This document shows, piece by piece, positions 27,868 to 39,900 of a stretch of DNA of 64,000 nt. How positions within the stretch are numbered: position 1 is the first letter of the stretch; every line of letters starts with the position of its first letter. The translations under genes and the position numbers were made by a program. Where the stretch lies: the NCBI GenBank assembly GCA_963835245.1, contig CAWIEZ010000001.1, forward strand, positions 156,543 through 220,542. The letters are read 5' to 3'. Source of the DNA: an uncultured Planctomycetota bacterium (GTDB taxonomy: Bacteria; Planctomycetota; Planctomycetia; Gemmatales; Gemmataceae). The notes under the pieces are model-generated. The model did not search any database, was not told the DNA's origin, and saw only the letters and a program-made list of their open reading frames with translations.

Positions 27868-30018
27868 CCGTTCCCGGCACGCCAGACCGCTCTCGCCCCT
27901 CTGTCCTGGACCGCCGCACGGTACTGCGGACGGCAGCCGCGGCTGGCCTGGAGACTCTTTTCTCTGCCGCGGCGCTGAGCCGAGACGATAGCGGTCGATC
28001 CGCTGCTTCCTCGGCTGTGTTGACCTATCTCGCCGGGCTGGCCCGTCCTGACGGTGGATACGCCTGGTGGGAAGACCAATCGCAGACCCACCTCACGCCG
28101 ACTTTCGCCGCGGTCGGCTGCTTCCGCTTGCTCAAGCACGAACCGCCCAACAAGGCCAAGCTCGCCGAATATATCCGCGAGCATCACCCTTTTCGCATCA
28201 AGAAGTTGGAGCGCGATCTCCGCGTCTTCGAGTGGCAGCAGATTCAAAGTCTGCTCTGGCTCGATGAAAATGTATCCGCTTTCCGCGATCAGGTCCGCCG
28301 CTGGACGAAACCGACGACTTACCCCAAACAATACGAGCAGCACGGCTATCCGGTCTTCCGCTCGGAATTGACCGCCTTCGTGTGCCGGCGTCTGCTCGGA
28401 TTGCCGCACGATGACCTGACGCCGCAGTTTATCGACTATCTGCTGTCGCGCCGCCGAGACAACGGCAGCTTCAACAATACGCCCGCCTCGGACGGCAGCG
28501 ACGGGCACGCGATGAATACCTGGTGGGGCTTGGAGGCTTTGCACGCCCTGGACCGCGAGGTGCAAGGTCCGGAAAAAACCATCGCCTGGCTGCGCGACTG
28601 CCAACTCCCCAACGGCGGCTTCACCTACCAACCGCGGGCGAGCATCGGCGGTATAGACGACGTGGCGTACACATGGGCGGCCGTGCGCGCCCTCAAGCAC
28701 CTAGGTGCCGCACCCGCCGATCGGCAAGCGTGCGTCCGCTACCTCGGTTCGCTGGCCAACGCCGACGGTGGGTTCGGCGATCGACCCGGTTGGGCCAGCA
28801 ATCCGATGGCAACGTACTACGCCCTCGATGCGCTGAACGTCTTGGCCGCCGCCCCGGCGACGCGCCAAGCCGCGCCGAAGCGCGCGCTGCGCTTCCCGAC
28901 GATCTCAAAGTGTTCACGCTGCAAATGGAAGCGCACGGACAGGGCAGTCCGGCCGAGGCGGTGGACTTGGCCCGCGCTCTGCGCATCCACCTTTGGGCGC
29001 GAAGAACGCCAAGCCGCGATGGATCGCGCAGGCGCAAGCGTTGGCCGACCGGCAGAACGTGCCGGTGACTTTCTTCGTCGCCAACGAAGAATACGGCACC
29101 TGGGTCCAAGTGCCCGGCATGGGCACGTATAGCCACACCAGCGACATTATGGCGCCGGCGGGGACCGATTTTGGTCCATCTTTGGCCAACAAGGGAGTGG
29201 TTTCCTGGCTGGAGTTCTCCAAGCGACGCCTCGCTCCGCTCCACAAGGCGGGCGGGCGCTTGGTCTGGCAATTCGGCGAGAACGAGGAACTGACGCGCAT
29301 TTTCCTTGATGAATCGTTGCAGCACAGCGGCTTCGCGGCCATCAGCACGTTCCACTTCGGCAACCCGGACTTCACCAACAGCGAACCGTTCTTGCAGCGC
29401 TACCGCCACCAGCTTCCGTTCCTCGCTCTGCAAGACGCGCACGGCGGCGAACCGTGGTGGTTCGCGGACATGACGACAGGTTTTCGCACCGTGTTCCTCG
29501 CGCGGTCGGCGACCTGGGACGATTGGCTGACTGCGCTGCGGCGGAACTGGGTGGTTGCCGTTCGACGCGACGCCGTTAGCCGATTCCAAACATGGATGCA
29601 CGGCGGTTCGCGCGAAGTGTTGGACTTCGTCCGCCGGCACGAGCGCGACTGGCGCTGGTGGGACAATCCGACGATTCAGCGTCCTCTCGTGTCCATCGTG
29701 GCCGTCCGGCCCAGCGATGAGTTCGAGGCGGCGCGACCGGACAAAGGGGTCATGCTTCGCGTCCGCTGCGCGTGGGAAAACACCGCTCAGGGTCTTCCCA
29801 AGAAGCCCATCGCGGAGTTGGTCCAGCTGAGGGTAGACGGAGAGATCGTCATGCCGAAACTGGTGGAGAAGAAGCGACCGCGCGGCGACGCCAATGTTGA
29901 CTACTACCACCAGTTTCACTTGCCCGAGCCGGGGCCGGGGCGACATCGAGTCCAGGCGGTGGTTCGCACCCTCGAAACCAAGGAGGAATCGAGCCGGTCG
30001 ATTGAATCCACCGTCTGA
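27866..30018 (+). CDS. Tat-secreted prenyltransferase/squalene-oxidase-repeat protein with unknown C-terminal domain; two apparent frameshifts (~28885, ~29000)
   Basis: RRTVLRTAAAAGL Tat motif. Four QxxDGGF-type repeats (RPDGGYAWW, RDNGSF, LPNGGFT, NADGGFG). Spans ORF-track frames 27810.., 28523.. and 28993.. Confidence 0.55.
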
Positions 30019-30038
30019 AAAGCACATCGGGAAAAGAG

Positions 30039-30755
30039 TCAAGAGGTGCCAACCACGCAGCGCACCTCTCGTCCATCCTCAAGCTCCGCAATGCCTGCGG
30101 ACAACAGATGCGGCTCGCGGATCGACGCTTCCGGGTCGTAGATGAAGACCACGAGAACGCGCCCCTTGCCTTCGCGCCGATAGTACGCCGCATCCTCTCG
30201 AAGCTGCTCGACGAGCGCCGGTTGGGCGAACTTGAGGGTAAGGGCGATGTCCTCGCCGGCCAGCAAAAAGTCCGTCCGCGTGCCGGCGGCGTAGCTCGGT
30301 GTGCGGCATTGCGGGCGGATGTCGTCGAAGTGCAACGGTAAAATCGATCTCAAAAGGTCTTCCAAGTCGTTCTCATCGGCGACGCGGAAGGGCGGACGAT
30401 CACCGTGCCGCACGCGCAGTTGACGGATCGTCAACGGCAGACGGCGCAGCAGATTTTCGAGGACAAGGAGCGCTTCGCGTTTCGGCGGTCGTCGCCGCGT
30501 CGTCCAGGGGAAGGCGGCGCCGCACGCCGGGCAGTAGCGCGGCGCTTGGCGAACGCCCACCGGATGCAGGCCCGGCACGACGATGGCGCCCGGCAGTTCG
30601 CGGCCGCAGGTTTCGCAGCAATCGATGGTGGCGGAGCCACAGCGATCGCAGTGCGTCAAGGCGCGTTCGGGGCAGGTCCGCAGTAGATCCGTGATGACGT
30701 GGCCGTTGCGGCAAACCTGCATCACGTCCTGTGCGCTATCGGCGATACTGGACAT
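30039..30755 (-). CDS. DUF2321-like zinc-ribbon protein with C-terminal putative PD-(D/E)xK-like domain
   Basis: N-terminus has CRNGH…CDRCG…CCETCG…YCPACG (multiple CxxC). C-terminus has …TRTDFLL…GEDIALTLK… consistent with D…(D/E)xK (inference only). Confidence 0.5.
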   Translation of the reverse strand: MSSIADSAQDVMQVCRNGHVITDLLRTCPERALTHCDRCGSATIDCCETCGRELPGAIVVPGLHPVGVRQAPRYCPACGAAFPWTTRRRPPKREALLVLENLLRRLPLTIRQLRVRHGDRPPFRVADENDLEDLLRSILPLHFDDIRPQCRTPSYAAGTRTDFLLAGEDIALTLKFAQPALVEQLREDAAYYRREGKGRVLVVFIYDPEASIREPHLLSAGIAELEDGREVRCVVGTS

Positions 30756-30784
30756 GGTGATTCTCTCTTTCACGGGCGAACACA

Positions 30785-30838
30785 GAGCCGCGACCGTCAG
30801 GGAGCGGGGGCAGCATCGCTCCCTAACGGTCGCGGCTC
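30785..30838. repeat. REP-like hairpin family F2: GAGCCGCGACCGTCAGGGAGCG / loop / CGCTCCCTAACGGTCGCGGCTC
   Basis: 22-bp arms with 1 mismatch. Near-identical copy at 45871-45924. Lies between the flotillin stop and the DUF2321 gene start. Confidence 0.85.
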
Positions 30839-30845
30839 CGTCGCA

Positions 30846-33155
30846 TTACGACTTCACCGGCCCATTTGTCGGCGCCAGCGACGCCTGACGCAGCGATTCC
30901 AACGCTTCGCGCGTCAAACGCTCGCTGATCTCCTTGAGACCGCTGATCTCGCCGCTATCCACCGGCTGGAAGCCGGATTTCTCGGCCACCAGCAGATTGA
31001 GCAACAGTCCCAGCATGCCGGACACGCCGGCATTGCCGCCGGTCTCGCCTTGGCTTCCGGCCATGAACACGCGCTCCGGCACGAGCGGTTGACTACTGTG
31101 AGTCAGTTGCTCCGTGATGATCGACATGGCGTACAATCGTGGATCGCCAAAGGAGGCGATTTTGCGCATCAGCACCGACGCCTCGGACAGACCGATTTGC
31201 ATGACGCGCTGCGCCTCGCCGCGACCGGCGAGGACGCGCTGCCGGCTATCGGCCTCGGCCGTCACCACGGTTTGCTCGGCCTGCCGTCGTGACTTCGCCA
31301 ATTCGGCTTCGGCGTTCACGACCGTTTGCTCGGCCTGTTTGCGCGCCCGTGCCAGATCCGCCTCAGCCTGGCTCTCGGCAATCTGGATTTGCACGCGCGA
31401 ATTGGTCAACTGCGTTTGCATCGCCGCTTGGGCTTGCGCCTCGTTGAGCATGCGCAGTTTGTCGGCAGAGGCGCGCTGGCGATCGTAGGTTTCCAACTGC
31501 TCGATCGACAGTTGACGGACGCGCAGTTGTTCCAGCAGCGTCTCGATTTTGCCGCCGGCCTCGGCGGTGTCCGGCTTGCCGATCAGCACATCGACGCATT
31601 CGATGTCGAAATCGCGGAACTTGCGGCGCAGTTCCTCGCGCGATTCGGCTTGAATGGCGTCGCGCTGATGCAGCAGTTCCAGCATCGTCTTTTTGTGGGC
31701 CACGTCGCGGAAGTAGGCGCTCAGCATCGGATCGAGCGTTTGCGTGATGAGTTTTTTCACGTCGCCGAAGCGCTGAATCACGCCGGGGGCTTTTTGGTAG
31801 TCGATGTGGACGACGACCGACAACGGCAGCAGCGGCTCGTAAGCGTCCTTGGTCACGAGGTCGATGGAGCGCAGGCTTTCGTCGTAGCGGTGCGCTTCGG
31901 AGCGGCCGGTGATCCAGTGCAGGACGAAGTTGGTCGTCGGCACCATGACCATCTGCCCGGCGTAGGTGTTGAAGGGATATTTGCCGGGACCGAGCGGGCG
32001 TTCCCACACGCCGCGTTCGCCTTCGGCGACGCGCTCGCCGTGCCGGAAGGCGTCGCCGGACAGATCGCGGCCGACGCGGCCATAGTAGCTGACCACGACG
32101 CCGACGTAGCCGATCGGCACTACCGTTTTGGGAATCATCTCCACGGTGGCGAACCAGCGGTTGATGAAGTAGGTGCCGTCGGTCAACGGCACGTACTGCC
32201 GGCCACGCCGGCCGCCGGCCCGCAGGAACGCTTCGGGATCCTGATAGTTATTGTGATAATTCGGATCGCTGCTGTCGTTTCCTAACGCCGGAGCGATGAT
32301 CTCGCCGGGCACCAGCGAGGGACCATCTTGGACGGTGACGATGGCGACGGTGTCCACGTCGCGCTGCGCTTCGACATCCAGCGGCACGGGGGCTTCGGGT
32401 ATCGACGCGCCGACGATACGCCCACGCTTGACTCGCTGGGGCGAATCTTCCTCATCCGCCTCGGCCGCCACTGCTTCGCGCACGCGCATCGAAGCGCCGA
32501 CGATAACCGGACTGAAACCATCGATGCGCCGCAGTTCCTGCTGCCAGCTCATGAGGGTCTGATACTCGCGGGTTCCCGTCCGCATGCTCAGGTGATAAAC
32601 GGCGTCCTCCGTGATGACCATGAACAGCGCCGGATTGATGGCGTAAACGCCTTCGCGCAGGATGGCCCGTTGCCGGCCGCGCTGGCCGCAGACGCTCGGC
32701 GTCCCCTCCTCGCTCGGCGAACCGAGGAAAGTCCGCGCATCCTGGAAGTTGTTGCAGGAGACGACGCGGCCTAGCGTCTGACTGGGCGGCAGCGGTTCGC
32801 CGTCGCGCGCATAGATGTAGCCGATCTTGCCCTGCGGGATGGTGACGAGCGGAACTTTGTGAAGGCGATATTGCCATCTCCAAAGTCCGAAATGCAGACC
32901 GCCGCGCAGCAGATCCGCTTGATAGCCGGCTTCGCCGTCCAGCGCGATGATGCGGCCTTCCGGCACCGAGCCACTGCCTGACCACAGTTTCTCGACGACG
33001 GCCGCTTGCTGGTTCGGGATATAGCGCACCGTCAGCCAGACGATCAGCAACAGCAAGACCATGACGATCAGCAATCCCACGAGGATTTGACTCGCGAGCG
33101 GAGAGAACGGGAGCGTAATGTCTCCGCCGTTAGCCAACAGAAGCAGAGTGGACAT
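30846..33155 (-). CDS. flotillin-like SPFH/band-7 domain protein
   Basis: N-terminal TM (LASQILVGLLIVMVLLLLIVWL), SPFH region, long coiled-coil A/E/Q-rich segment (…AEQTVVNAEAELAKSRRQAEQTVVTAEAD…). Confidence 0.75.
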   Translation of the reverse strand: MSTLLLLANGGDITLPFSPLASQILVGLLIVMVLLLLIVWLTVRYIPNQQAAVVEKLWSGSGSVPEGRIIALDGEAGYQADLLRGGLHFGLWRWQYRLHKVPLVTIPQGKIGYIYARDGEPLPPSQTLGRVVSCNNFQDARTFLGSPSEEGTPSVCGQRGRQRAILREGVYAINPALFMVITEDAVYHLSMRTGTREYQTLMSWQQELRRIDGFSPVIVGASMRVREAVAAEADEEDSPQRVKRGRIVGASIPEAPVPLDVEAQRDVDTVAIVTVQDGPSLVPGEIIAPALGNDSSDPNYHNNYQDPEAFLRAGGRRGRQYVPLTDGTYFINRWFATVEMIPKTVVPIGYVGVVVSYYGRVGRDLSGDAFRHGERVAEGERGVWERPLGPGKYPFNTYAGQMVMVPTTNFVLHWITGRSEAHRYDESLRSIDLVTKDAYEPLLPLSVVVHIDYQKAPGVIQRFGDVKKLITQTLDPMLSAYFRDVAHKKTMLELLHQRDAIQAESREELRRKFRDFDIECVDVLIGKPDTAEAGGKIETLLEQLRVRQLSIEQLETYDRQRASADKLRMLNEAQAQAAMQTQLTNSRVQIQIAESQAEADLARARKQAEQTVVNAEAELAKSRRQAEQTVVTAEADSRQRVLAGRGEAQRVMQIGLSEASVLMRKIASFGDPRLYAMSIITEQLTHSSQPLVPERVFMAGSQGETGGNAGVSGMLGLLLNLLVAEKSGFQPVDSGEISGLKEISERLTREALESLRQASLAPTNGPVKS

Positions 33156-33561
33156 AGTGACACCTGTGGCGGCAATGCCACGAAAGAGAAGGGGGCTGCA
33201 CTTCGTCTTGAGAGCGAGACGGGTGTGCCCTTTCACGTTGGCCCGAACACCGCATCCGGGTCCGCCTACGAGGTTAGCTGACGGGCTAGGATGCGAAAGT
33301 ATCCCGGTCCCCGTGGACCTTCGCCCCGAGAGGCCGGCTCTCACCAGCCTGATGGTTCCCCCGTTCGCGCATGCACCGCAGCGCGATTCGGCTGCACTGT
33401 AGAGTTATTCTAGTTCCGCGTTCACTTCTTGCAAAAGAAATCACTTTTTCCCATCTGTTCGTCCGTTCAGAGGGGACGATTCTTTCGACACGCAAGGAAT
33501 CTTCGCCACTACAATGGGATTGGTTTCCGGTGATTACTTTTCCTTACGATGCGGAGGAGAC

Positions 33562-33813
33562 ATGGCCGACTCAAACGAACAGGCTGATTTGCGGCAGCGC
33601 GTGGCGCGGGTTGTCGCCGAGGAGGTGGCTCCGCTGTTGGGCATGGACGGCGGCGGCATTGATGTAGTGGCGGTCGAGGAGGGCGTGGTGCAGGTTCGGC
33701 TGCACGGCGCTTGCGGCTGCTGTCCGGGTTCGGTGCAGGCCATCATCGTGGGCATCGAGGAGGAACTGCGCCGGCGTGTGCCGGAAGTCGAGTATCTTGA
33801 AATGGTGCCGTGA
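33562..33813 (+). CDS. NifU-like (Nfu C-terminal domain) Fe-S assembly protein
   Basis: …VRLHGACGCCPGSVQAIIVGIEEEL… CxxC motif of the NifU C-terminal domain. GGAGGAGA RBS. Confidence 0.7.
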   Translation: MADSNEQADLRQRVARVVAEEVAPLLGMDGGGIDVVAVEEGVVQVRLHGACGCCPGSVQAIIVGIEEELRRRVPEVEYLEMVP

Positions 33814-33834
33814 AGGAAGTAAATAGGAGTCGTT

Positions 33835-35421
33835 TTAGGCGAAAATACGATAATCAATGTCCGGAAATAGATTGTGCCGCCCTTCGATGTCGTTGAGCCA
33901 GCTTTCGTCGATGCAATCCTGTCGGATCGACTCATAGAGATGATTGAAATTGTTCACATGAACGCGCGTGCGTTCCTTGGCATACTCGACCATGGTGCCG
34001 GTCTTGAGGATGAAGGCCCAATCGCTCGACTGTGCCAACAGTAGTTCGCGGGCGGCCTGATTGAGAGCGCGGCGGCGCAGCGGCGACGGCTCGGCATTGA
34101 CGCGGGCCAATTCGATCATGCGCTCCGCCCCCTCGTGTAAATGACGATAAATCCAATCGTTGGAACCTTCCAACCATACCTCGCAGTAACCCTTATATCC
34201 CCAACTCGATAGCGTCGGCTGTGCCACTTGCAGGCGCGGATGACGGTCGAGGTATTCGGGTACGGTGATGGTTTTCACCGTTTGTTGATCGAAGTGCATT
34301 TTCCGCAAGAGGAAATTGATCCAATCCGGTCCCTCGAACCACCAATGGCCGAACAACTCAGCGTCGTAAGGCGCGACAATCAGCGCCGGCCGGCCGTCCA
34401 TCGAGCCGGACAGCCATTCAACCTGTTTTTCGCGGTTGAACATGAAATTGCCGGCGTGTTCGGCGGCTTTTTCCATGGCCGCCTTGGGATTATAAGGCAA
34501 TTTATGATCGGTGCGCCCGGTGATCTTGTAATACTTGATGCCGAGCAAACTGCGAATGCCGGTTTGGTGCAGATGGGGTTTGAGGTACTCATAATCGAGA
34601 TCGAAGCCAACGTCGCGGTAGAAATCGCGGTAATTATAATCGCCGGGATAGCCTTCGATGGCGCTCCAAACCTGTTTGGATGATTCGCTGTCGCGGGCCA
34701 GGCAGGCGACGTTGCTTCCGGGCACCATCAGCGGAGCATAGACGCCGAAGCGCGGCCGCGGCTCGGCGAACAAGACGGCGTGCGTATCGGTGAAAAAATA
34801 GCGAATGCCGGCGTGTTGCAGCTGTTGCTCGACGCCCGGGGCGTAGCCGCACTCCGGCAGCCAAATGCCGCGCGGCCGCCGGCCGAAGTGACGCTCAAAC
34901 TCACGACAGCCAATCTCGATCTGCGCCCGCCGCGCGTTCTCCTGGTGGATCATCAGCGGCAGAAAACCGTGCGTGGCGCCGCAAGTGATTAATTCCAGTT
35001 TGCCCGAATCGAAGAAACGCTTGAAACCGTGCAGCAGATTGTTGCCGTATTGATTGACGAACACCTCGCGGGCGCGCGTGAAGCGGCGCTGATACATCTC
35101 GGCGAGGGGGTGAAACTCCGGCTCGAAGCGCGTGCGTTCGATTTCCTTACCGGCCAAGGCGATGAGGTTGTCGAGATGACGCAGGTAGCGCGATTGCAAC
35201 AGCGGATCGCCGAGCATGGCGGCCAGCGTCGGCGTCACCGACATGGTGAGACGCCAATCGACGCCGTCGCGCTCCAGTCCCTCGAAAACTTCGAGCAAAG
35301 GAATATAGGTTTCGGTGATGGCTTCGTAGAGCCAATCTTCTTCGAGGAAATCCTCGTATTCGGGATGGCGAACGAACGGCAGATGCGCGTGCAGGACCAG
35401 GCAGAGATAACCGAGCGGCAT
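33835..35421 (-). CDS. GH57-family 1,4-alpha-glucan branching enzyme
   Basis: LVLHAHLPFVRHPE…, …ITCGATHGFLPL…, …PYDAELFGHWWFEGP… canonical GH57 motifs. Confidence 0.85.
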   Translation of the reverse strand: MPLGYLCLVLHAHLPFVRHPEYEDFLEEDWLYEAITETYIPLLEVFEGLERDGVDWRLTMSVTPTLAAMLGDPLLQSRYLRHLDNLIALAGKEIERTRFEPEFHPLAEMYQRRFTRAREVFVNQYGNNLLHGFKRFFDSGKLELITCGATHGFLPLMIHQENARRAQIEIGCREFERHFGRRPRGIWLPECGYAPGVEQQLQHAGIRYFFTDTHAVLFAEPRPRFGVYAPLMVPGSNVACLARDSESSKQVWSAIEGYPGDYNYRDFYRDVGFDLDYEYLKPHLHQTGIRSLLGIKYYKITGRTDHKLPYNPKAAMEKAAEHAGNFMFNREKQVEWLSGSMDGRPALIVAPYDAELFGHWWFEGPDWINFLLRKMHFDQQTVKTITVPEYLDRHPRLQVAQPTLSSWGYKGYCEVWLEGSNDWIYRHLHEGAERMIELARVNAEPSPLRRRALNQAARELLLAQSSDWAFILKTGTMVEYAKERTRVHVNNFNHLYESIRQDCIDESWLNDIEGRHNLFPDIDYRIFA

Positions 35422-35697
35422 TGTGTGGCTCCCCTTCTTGCTGTTCACCACAAGGATGCGGGTGGAGTTAGGGGTATGACTTTTCCACCGCGAGTTCAAG
35501 TTTAGCCGCGCCCCACGGAGGAGCATTTGGGTGGCCGAGTCGCTCCGCCACGGGCCGCGCACTCGCGGAGCGACTGCTCCCCACTCGGCATCCACGCTCG
35601 CGCCGAATCCGAATTGTCGCGGGAACCCTGTTCCTGGTATAATTGTCCTGTTGACGCCCCTTGTAAGGGCAGAACGATTATTCCCATGAGGAACGCG

Positions 35698-36807
35698 ATG
35701 AACGCTGATTTACGACGCCGTAGCGATGAGGTTTTGAGCCGTTTGACCCAGCTGCGGGACTCTCTTTGACATCTCCAGCAAACAATCCCTGCGCGAACAA
35801 CTCAACGCCCGCATGGGGCAGCCCAATTTCTGGGACAATCCCGAAAGGGCGCAGCAAATCATCGCGCAGTTGAAGCCGCTCAACGGTCTACTCAAGCCCT
35901 ACGAGGATCTGGAATCCGCCGCCGGCGACGTGCAAGCGCTGGTCGAGTTGGCCGACGAAGACTCCAGCCTGGAGTCCGAACTGGAAAGCGAACTGACGCC
36001 GTTCGAGAAGCGTCTGGACGACTTCGAGATGCGCGCCATGCTCGATGGACCGCAGGACGCCAGCAATGCCTATCTGCGCATCCAGGCCGGCACTGGCGGC
36101 ACCGAAGCCTGCGATTGGGCGCAGATGCTCATGCGCATGTACGCGCGCTGGGCCGAGAGTCACGGCTACGAAGTCGAAATCGTCGATGAATTGCCCAACG
36201 AGGAAGCCGGCATCCGCAACGCTACTTTGCACATCAGCGGCGATTATGCTTACGGCAACCTCCAGAGCGAGGCCGGCGTGCATCGCCTAGTGCGCATCAG
36301 TCCGTTCGACGCCAACGCGCGGCGGCAAACATCGTTCGCGGCGGTGGACGTGATCCCGGAGATCGAAGGGACAATCGAGATCGAAATACGATCCGATGAA
36401 CTGCGGCGCGACACCTTCCGCAGCGGCGGTCCCGGCGGTCAGCATCAGAATAAGACCGAGAGCGGCGTGCGCTACACGCACCTGCCGACCGGAATCGCCG
36501 CCGAGAGCCGCAGTCAACGCAGCCAACACAAAAACGATGAGATGGCCCTGAAAATGCTCAAGGCCAAGCTCTATCAGATCGAGGAGCAGAAGCGCGAGCC
36601 GAAGTCGAGAAGCTGTACGACGAAAAGGGCGAGGTGGCCTGGGGCTATCAGATCCGAAATTACGTCATGCAGCCGTACACGCTGGTCAAAGACGTTCGCA
36701 CCGAGGTGCAGACGCCGCAAGTGCAGAACGTCCTCGACGGCGAAATTGATGACTTCATTCAAGCGTATCTGCGTTTGAAGGCGGAGCGGCGGCACAAGAG
36801 AAAGTAA
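35698..36807 (+). CDS. prfB: peptide chain release factor 2, with programmed +1 frameshift plus one extra apparent 1-nt deletion near 36598
   Basis: ATG at 35698, 23 codons, then CTT TGA C at 35764-35770 and continuation in +1 (GGQ motif [24 protein letters not shown]). The C-terminus is only colinear (…[28 protein letters not shown]…) if one base is restored at ~36598. Confidence 0.9.
35764..35770 (+). promoter_or_regulatory. prfB programmed +1 frameshift site CUU UGA C
   Basis: Exact canonical heptanucleotide, with an in-frame UGA after 23 codons. Confidence 0.85.
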
Positions 36808-36984
36808 GAAGCGTGTCCTTTTGCCGACAAGCCCAGAGCGCCCGCGATGGGGCGAACCCGTCGCGGGCGCTCCGGGCTTGTATATTATCTCGTTCGTTCT
36901 GGTTTGTCCGTCAAATCGTAAGCTAGAATCTTTACAGATCGTCAAATCGTCCCCTCAACTATTCTCTCCTTCGAGGATGTTTTT

Positions 36985-39900
36985 ATGAATTGGCGGCTGC
37001 GCGGATTCCTCGGACTTTTTCTGTTCCTAATCGTGGTCGGTCCAGTTGGCGGCGTGAAAAATCTGGTGCCGGACTCTTCTTTCGAGGAGCCGATGGAGAA
37101 AGATCGCTGGGGCCACGTCTTCGCCAAGTGGGGAGGGTGGATTTATGAGGGCGAGTGCGAATTTCGCGTTTCCGACGTTGCTCACAGCGGCAAACATTCG
37201 CTCCTCATGATGGGTGGAACCAATCCGAAAATCCGTGCTTGGCCGGAGAAACTTTCCCTGTCTCCGGGGCGCTACCGCATCATTGCTTATCTGCGCGGTT
37301 TGGACATTGGTACCAATGCGGATGGCCAATCGACGGAATTAATGTTTGACGAGAAATACATTGCAGCTGAACAAGAAAGGTACCTTCGGCTGGAGCCGGC
37401 TAACGTATGTCGGCGAGATTACGAAAGAGTGCGACAATGGCCATCCCAGTTTCGGCTTGATGGCTCCCGGCTACCTCTGGGTCGATGATGTGACCGTCGA
37501 GAAGGTCGGCGCCGAGACGGCGCTGACGCCGGAACCGATTCTTGGCAAGGAAGAGAAAACAATTGAACCGCCGGGACGCTTGAGCGATGCCGCCATTCAT
37601 TGCCCGGAGTGCGGCTATCGCAATCTGCCGGCGTGGCAGCACTGCTATGCTTGCGGCTCCGCGCTGGAGACGAAGAAGACCGCCCCGGCTGGCGAAGCAA
37701 TCAAACGCATCATCTCTTTCGAGAATAAGCAATCCCTTCGACGGCGGCACCGTGACGGACAAGCATGCCACGCACGGTGGCAAAGCTCTGCGTCTCGATT
37801 GCGGTTCTGCTGTTATGGATACTGCTCAGAACTGGAGCGGTTACGACTATCTCAAGGCCGATGTATATACTGACGCTGACTAAGCCGCTGGAATTGTATG
37901 TTGAGGTTAGGGATCGTCAAACACGCGATTATTGGACGCGCGTTAATTACACCACTGTCATACCACCCGGCGCCAGCACGCTTATCATTCCCACGGCTCT
38001 TTATGTCGGCGAAAAGGCGCGTCCCGGACGAGCGTTGCTGCTGGATGGCATCACACGTCTAGTATTCTCCATCGGCGACAAGCCGGAGGCACCGCTTTTC
38101 ATCGATAATATCCGGCTGGAACGCGACACTGAAACGGCGCAGCGTCCAGTTCGATGGTTTGTGGGCCTTCGATGTCGGTCCAATCGGCCAGTCCGGTCAT
38201 GGAAGGTTTCACACCGCTGGACATGAGCAAGCGATACACCAAAGGCCGCGGCTACGGTTGGAAGGACGCTCAATTCTGGCGCGCCTTCGACGCTCTGCAA
38301 CCCGATCCGCTCTACCGCGATTTCCTCTGCATCGAAAAGGGCGGATTGGCTCTCGACGTGCCCAACGGCAAGTATCACGTTTTCGTCAACATGGATTCGC
38401 CCTCCGGCTTCTGGGGCGAGTATCAGATTTATCGCCAGCGAGCGCTGATCGTCGAAGGCGTTCGCCATGAAGATACGATGGATTTGGCATCGTTCAAAAA
38501 ATGTTATTTCCACAATTGGGATAAAGAAGACCTTCCGACTGAGGACACCTTCGATAAATATCAGATACCGTATTTCCAAGAAAAGCACGTTACGGCTGAA
38601 GTCAGCGATGGGCAGTTAAACATCGAATTTGAGGGCGAGAATTGGGCCTGCTGCGTATCGGCCATCATCGTCTATCCCGATAGCAAGGCGGCGGAGGGGC
38701 AACGGTTCCTCGATTTCGTCAAGGAACGGCGGCGTTTCCATTTCAACAATGCCTTCAAGCGAGTGCTGCATACGCCTAGCGGCGATGCGCTGCCGAACTA
38801 CCGAACCGGAGAAACAGCGGGGTTTCGTCGTCTTCGCGCGCGATTGGATGCGCGATGTCTACCACAACGATCGCCCTCTGCCCGGCGAGCGCGTCGAGCG
38901 TTTGAGCGCATCGGCTTTTGCTGGCGAATATGAGCCGATTACCGTTTCGCTCGTCCCCCTCAAAGACACCTGCTCCGTGACAGTCACTATCAGCGATCTG
39001 AATGGTCGAGAAGGTGCATCGATCTCCGCCCGACAGATCGACGTTGGTTACGTTCAGCACCGCATCACGCGCGTCAACGCGGAGGGCAGCGTCTACACGA
39101 TCGCGCCGCGGCTGCATCATCCCGCGCAACCGGCGCCGCTGCCGGCCGGCGTGACGCGCACCTTCTGGCTGACGGTCAAGGTCGCCGGCCGACGCTCGGC
39201 CCGGCGTCTATCGCGGCACGGTGCGGATTCAAACCGAGCGCGGCGGCGATTGCTCGCTGCCGCTGGAATTCACGGTGCGCAAGGGGACGCTCGATGCCGT
39301 TGATGTTCCGGCCGGCCCTTTCGGCTACACCATCGATTTGCCGTGGTACGCTGAAGAGGCCGACCGATTGGAACCGCGATCTGGCCGTCAAATCGCTGCG
39401 AAGACTGCGCGAATACGGCTTCACCACCGTCAGCGGCTTGCCCGTCGTCGCCTATCAAGGCTTCAAGGACGGCGTGCCGCAGTTCGACTTCGCGCAGGCC
39501 GACGCCCAGATGAAGCTGCTGAAGGACAACGGTTTCCGCATGCCGGTCCTCTCCTACTGTCCCTTCAACGGCCTGAGTCTCTACTACAAGGACGAGGACG
39601 CGATGCACGACGCCGGCTTCACGGATTACAGCCGATTCATCCGCGCCGTGTTCGGCGCGGTGCAGAAGCACGCCGAAGCGGCGGGCTGGCTGCCGGTGTA
39701 CTGGAACATCGGCGATGAGCCAGTCGGCGACGATGTGGAACGCAGCGCCGAGAACGCCGAGGCGTATCGCAAGGCTTTTCCCAAGGGTCCGCCCTGGTTC
39801 ACCGCCGCCAGTTCGTTTCGCGGCTCCAAGCGCGACGATCCGCACTTCCGGCTGTCGCGCGCCCTCCACGTCGCCGACTGGAACGATCACGACGAGGCCA

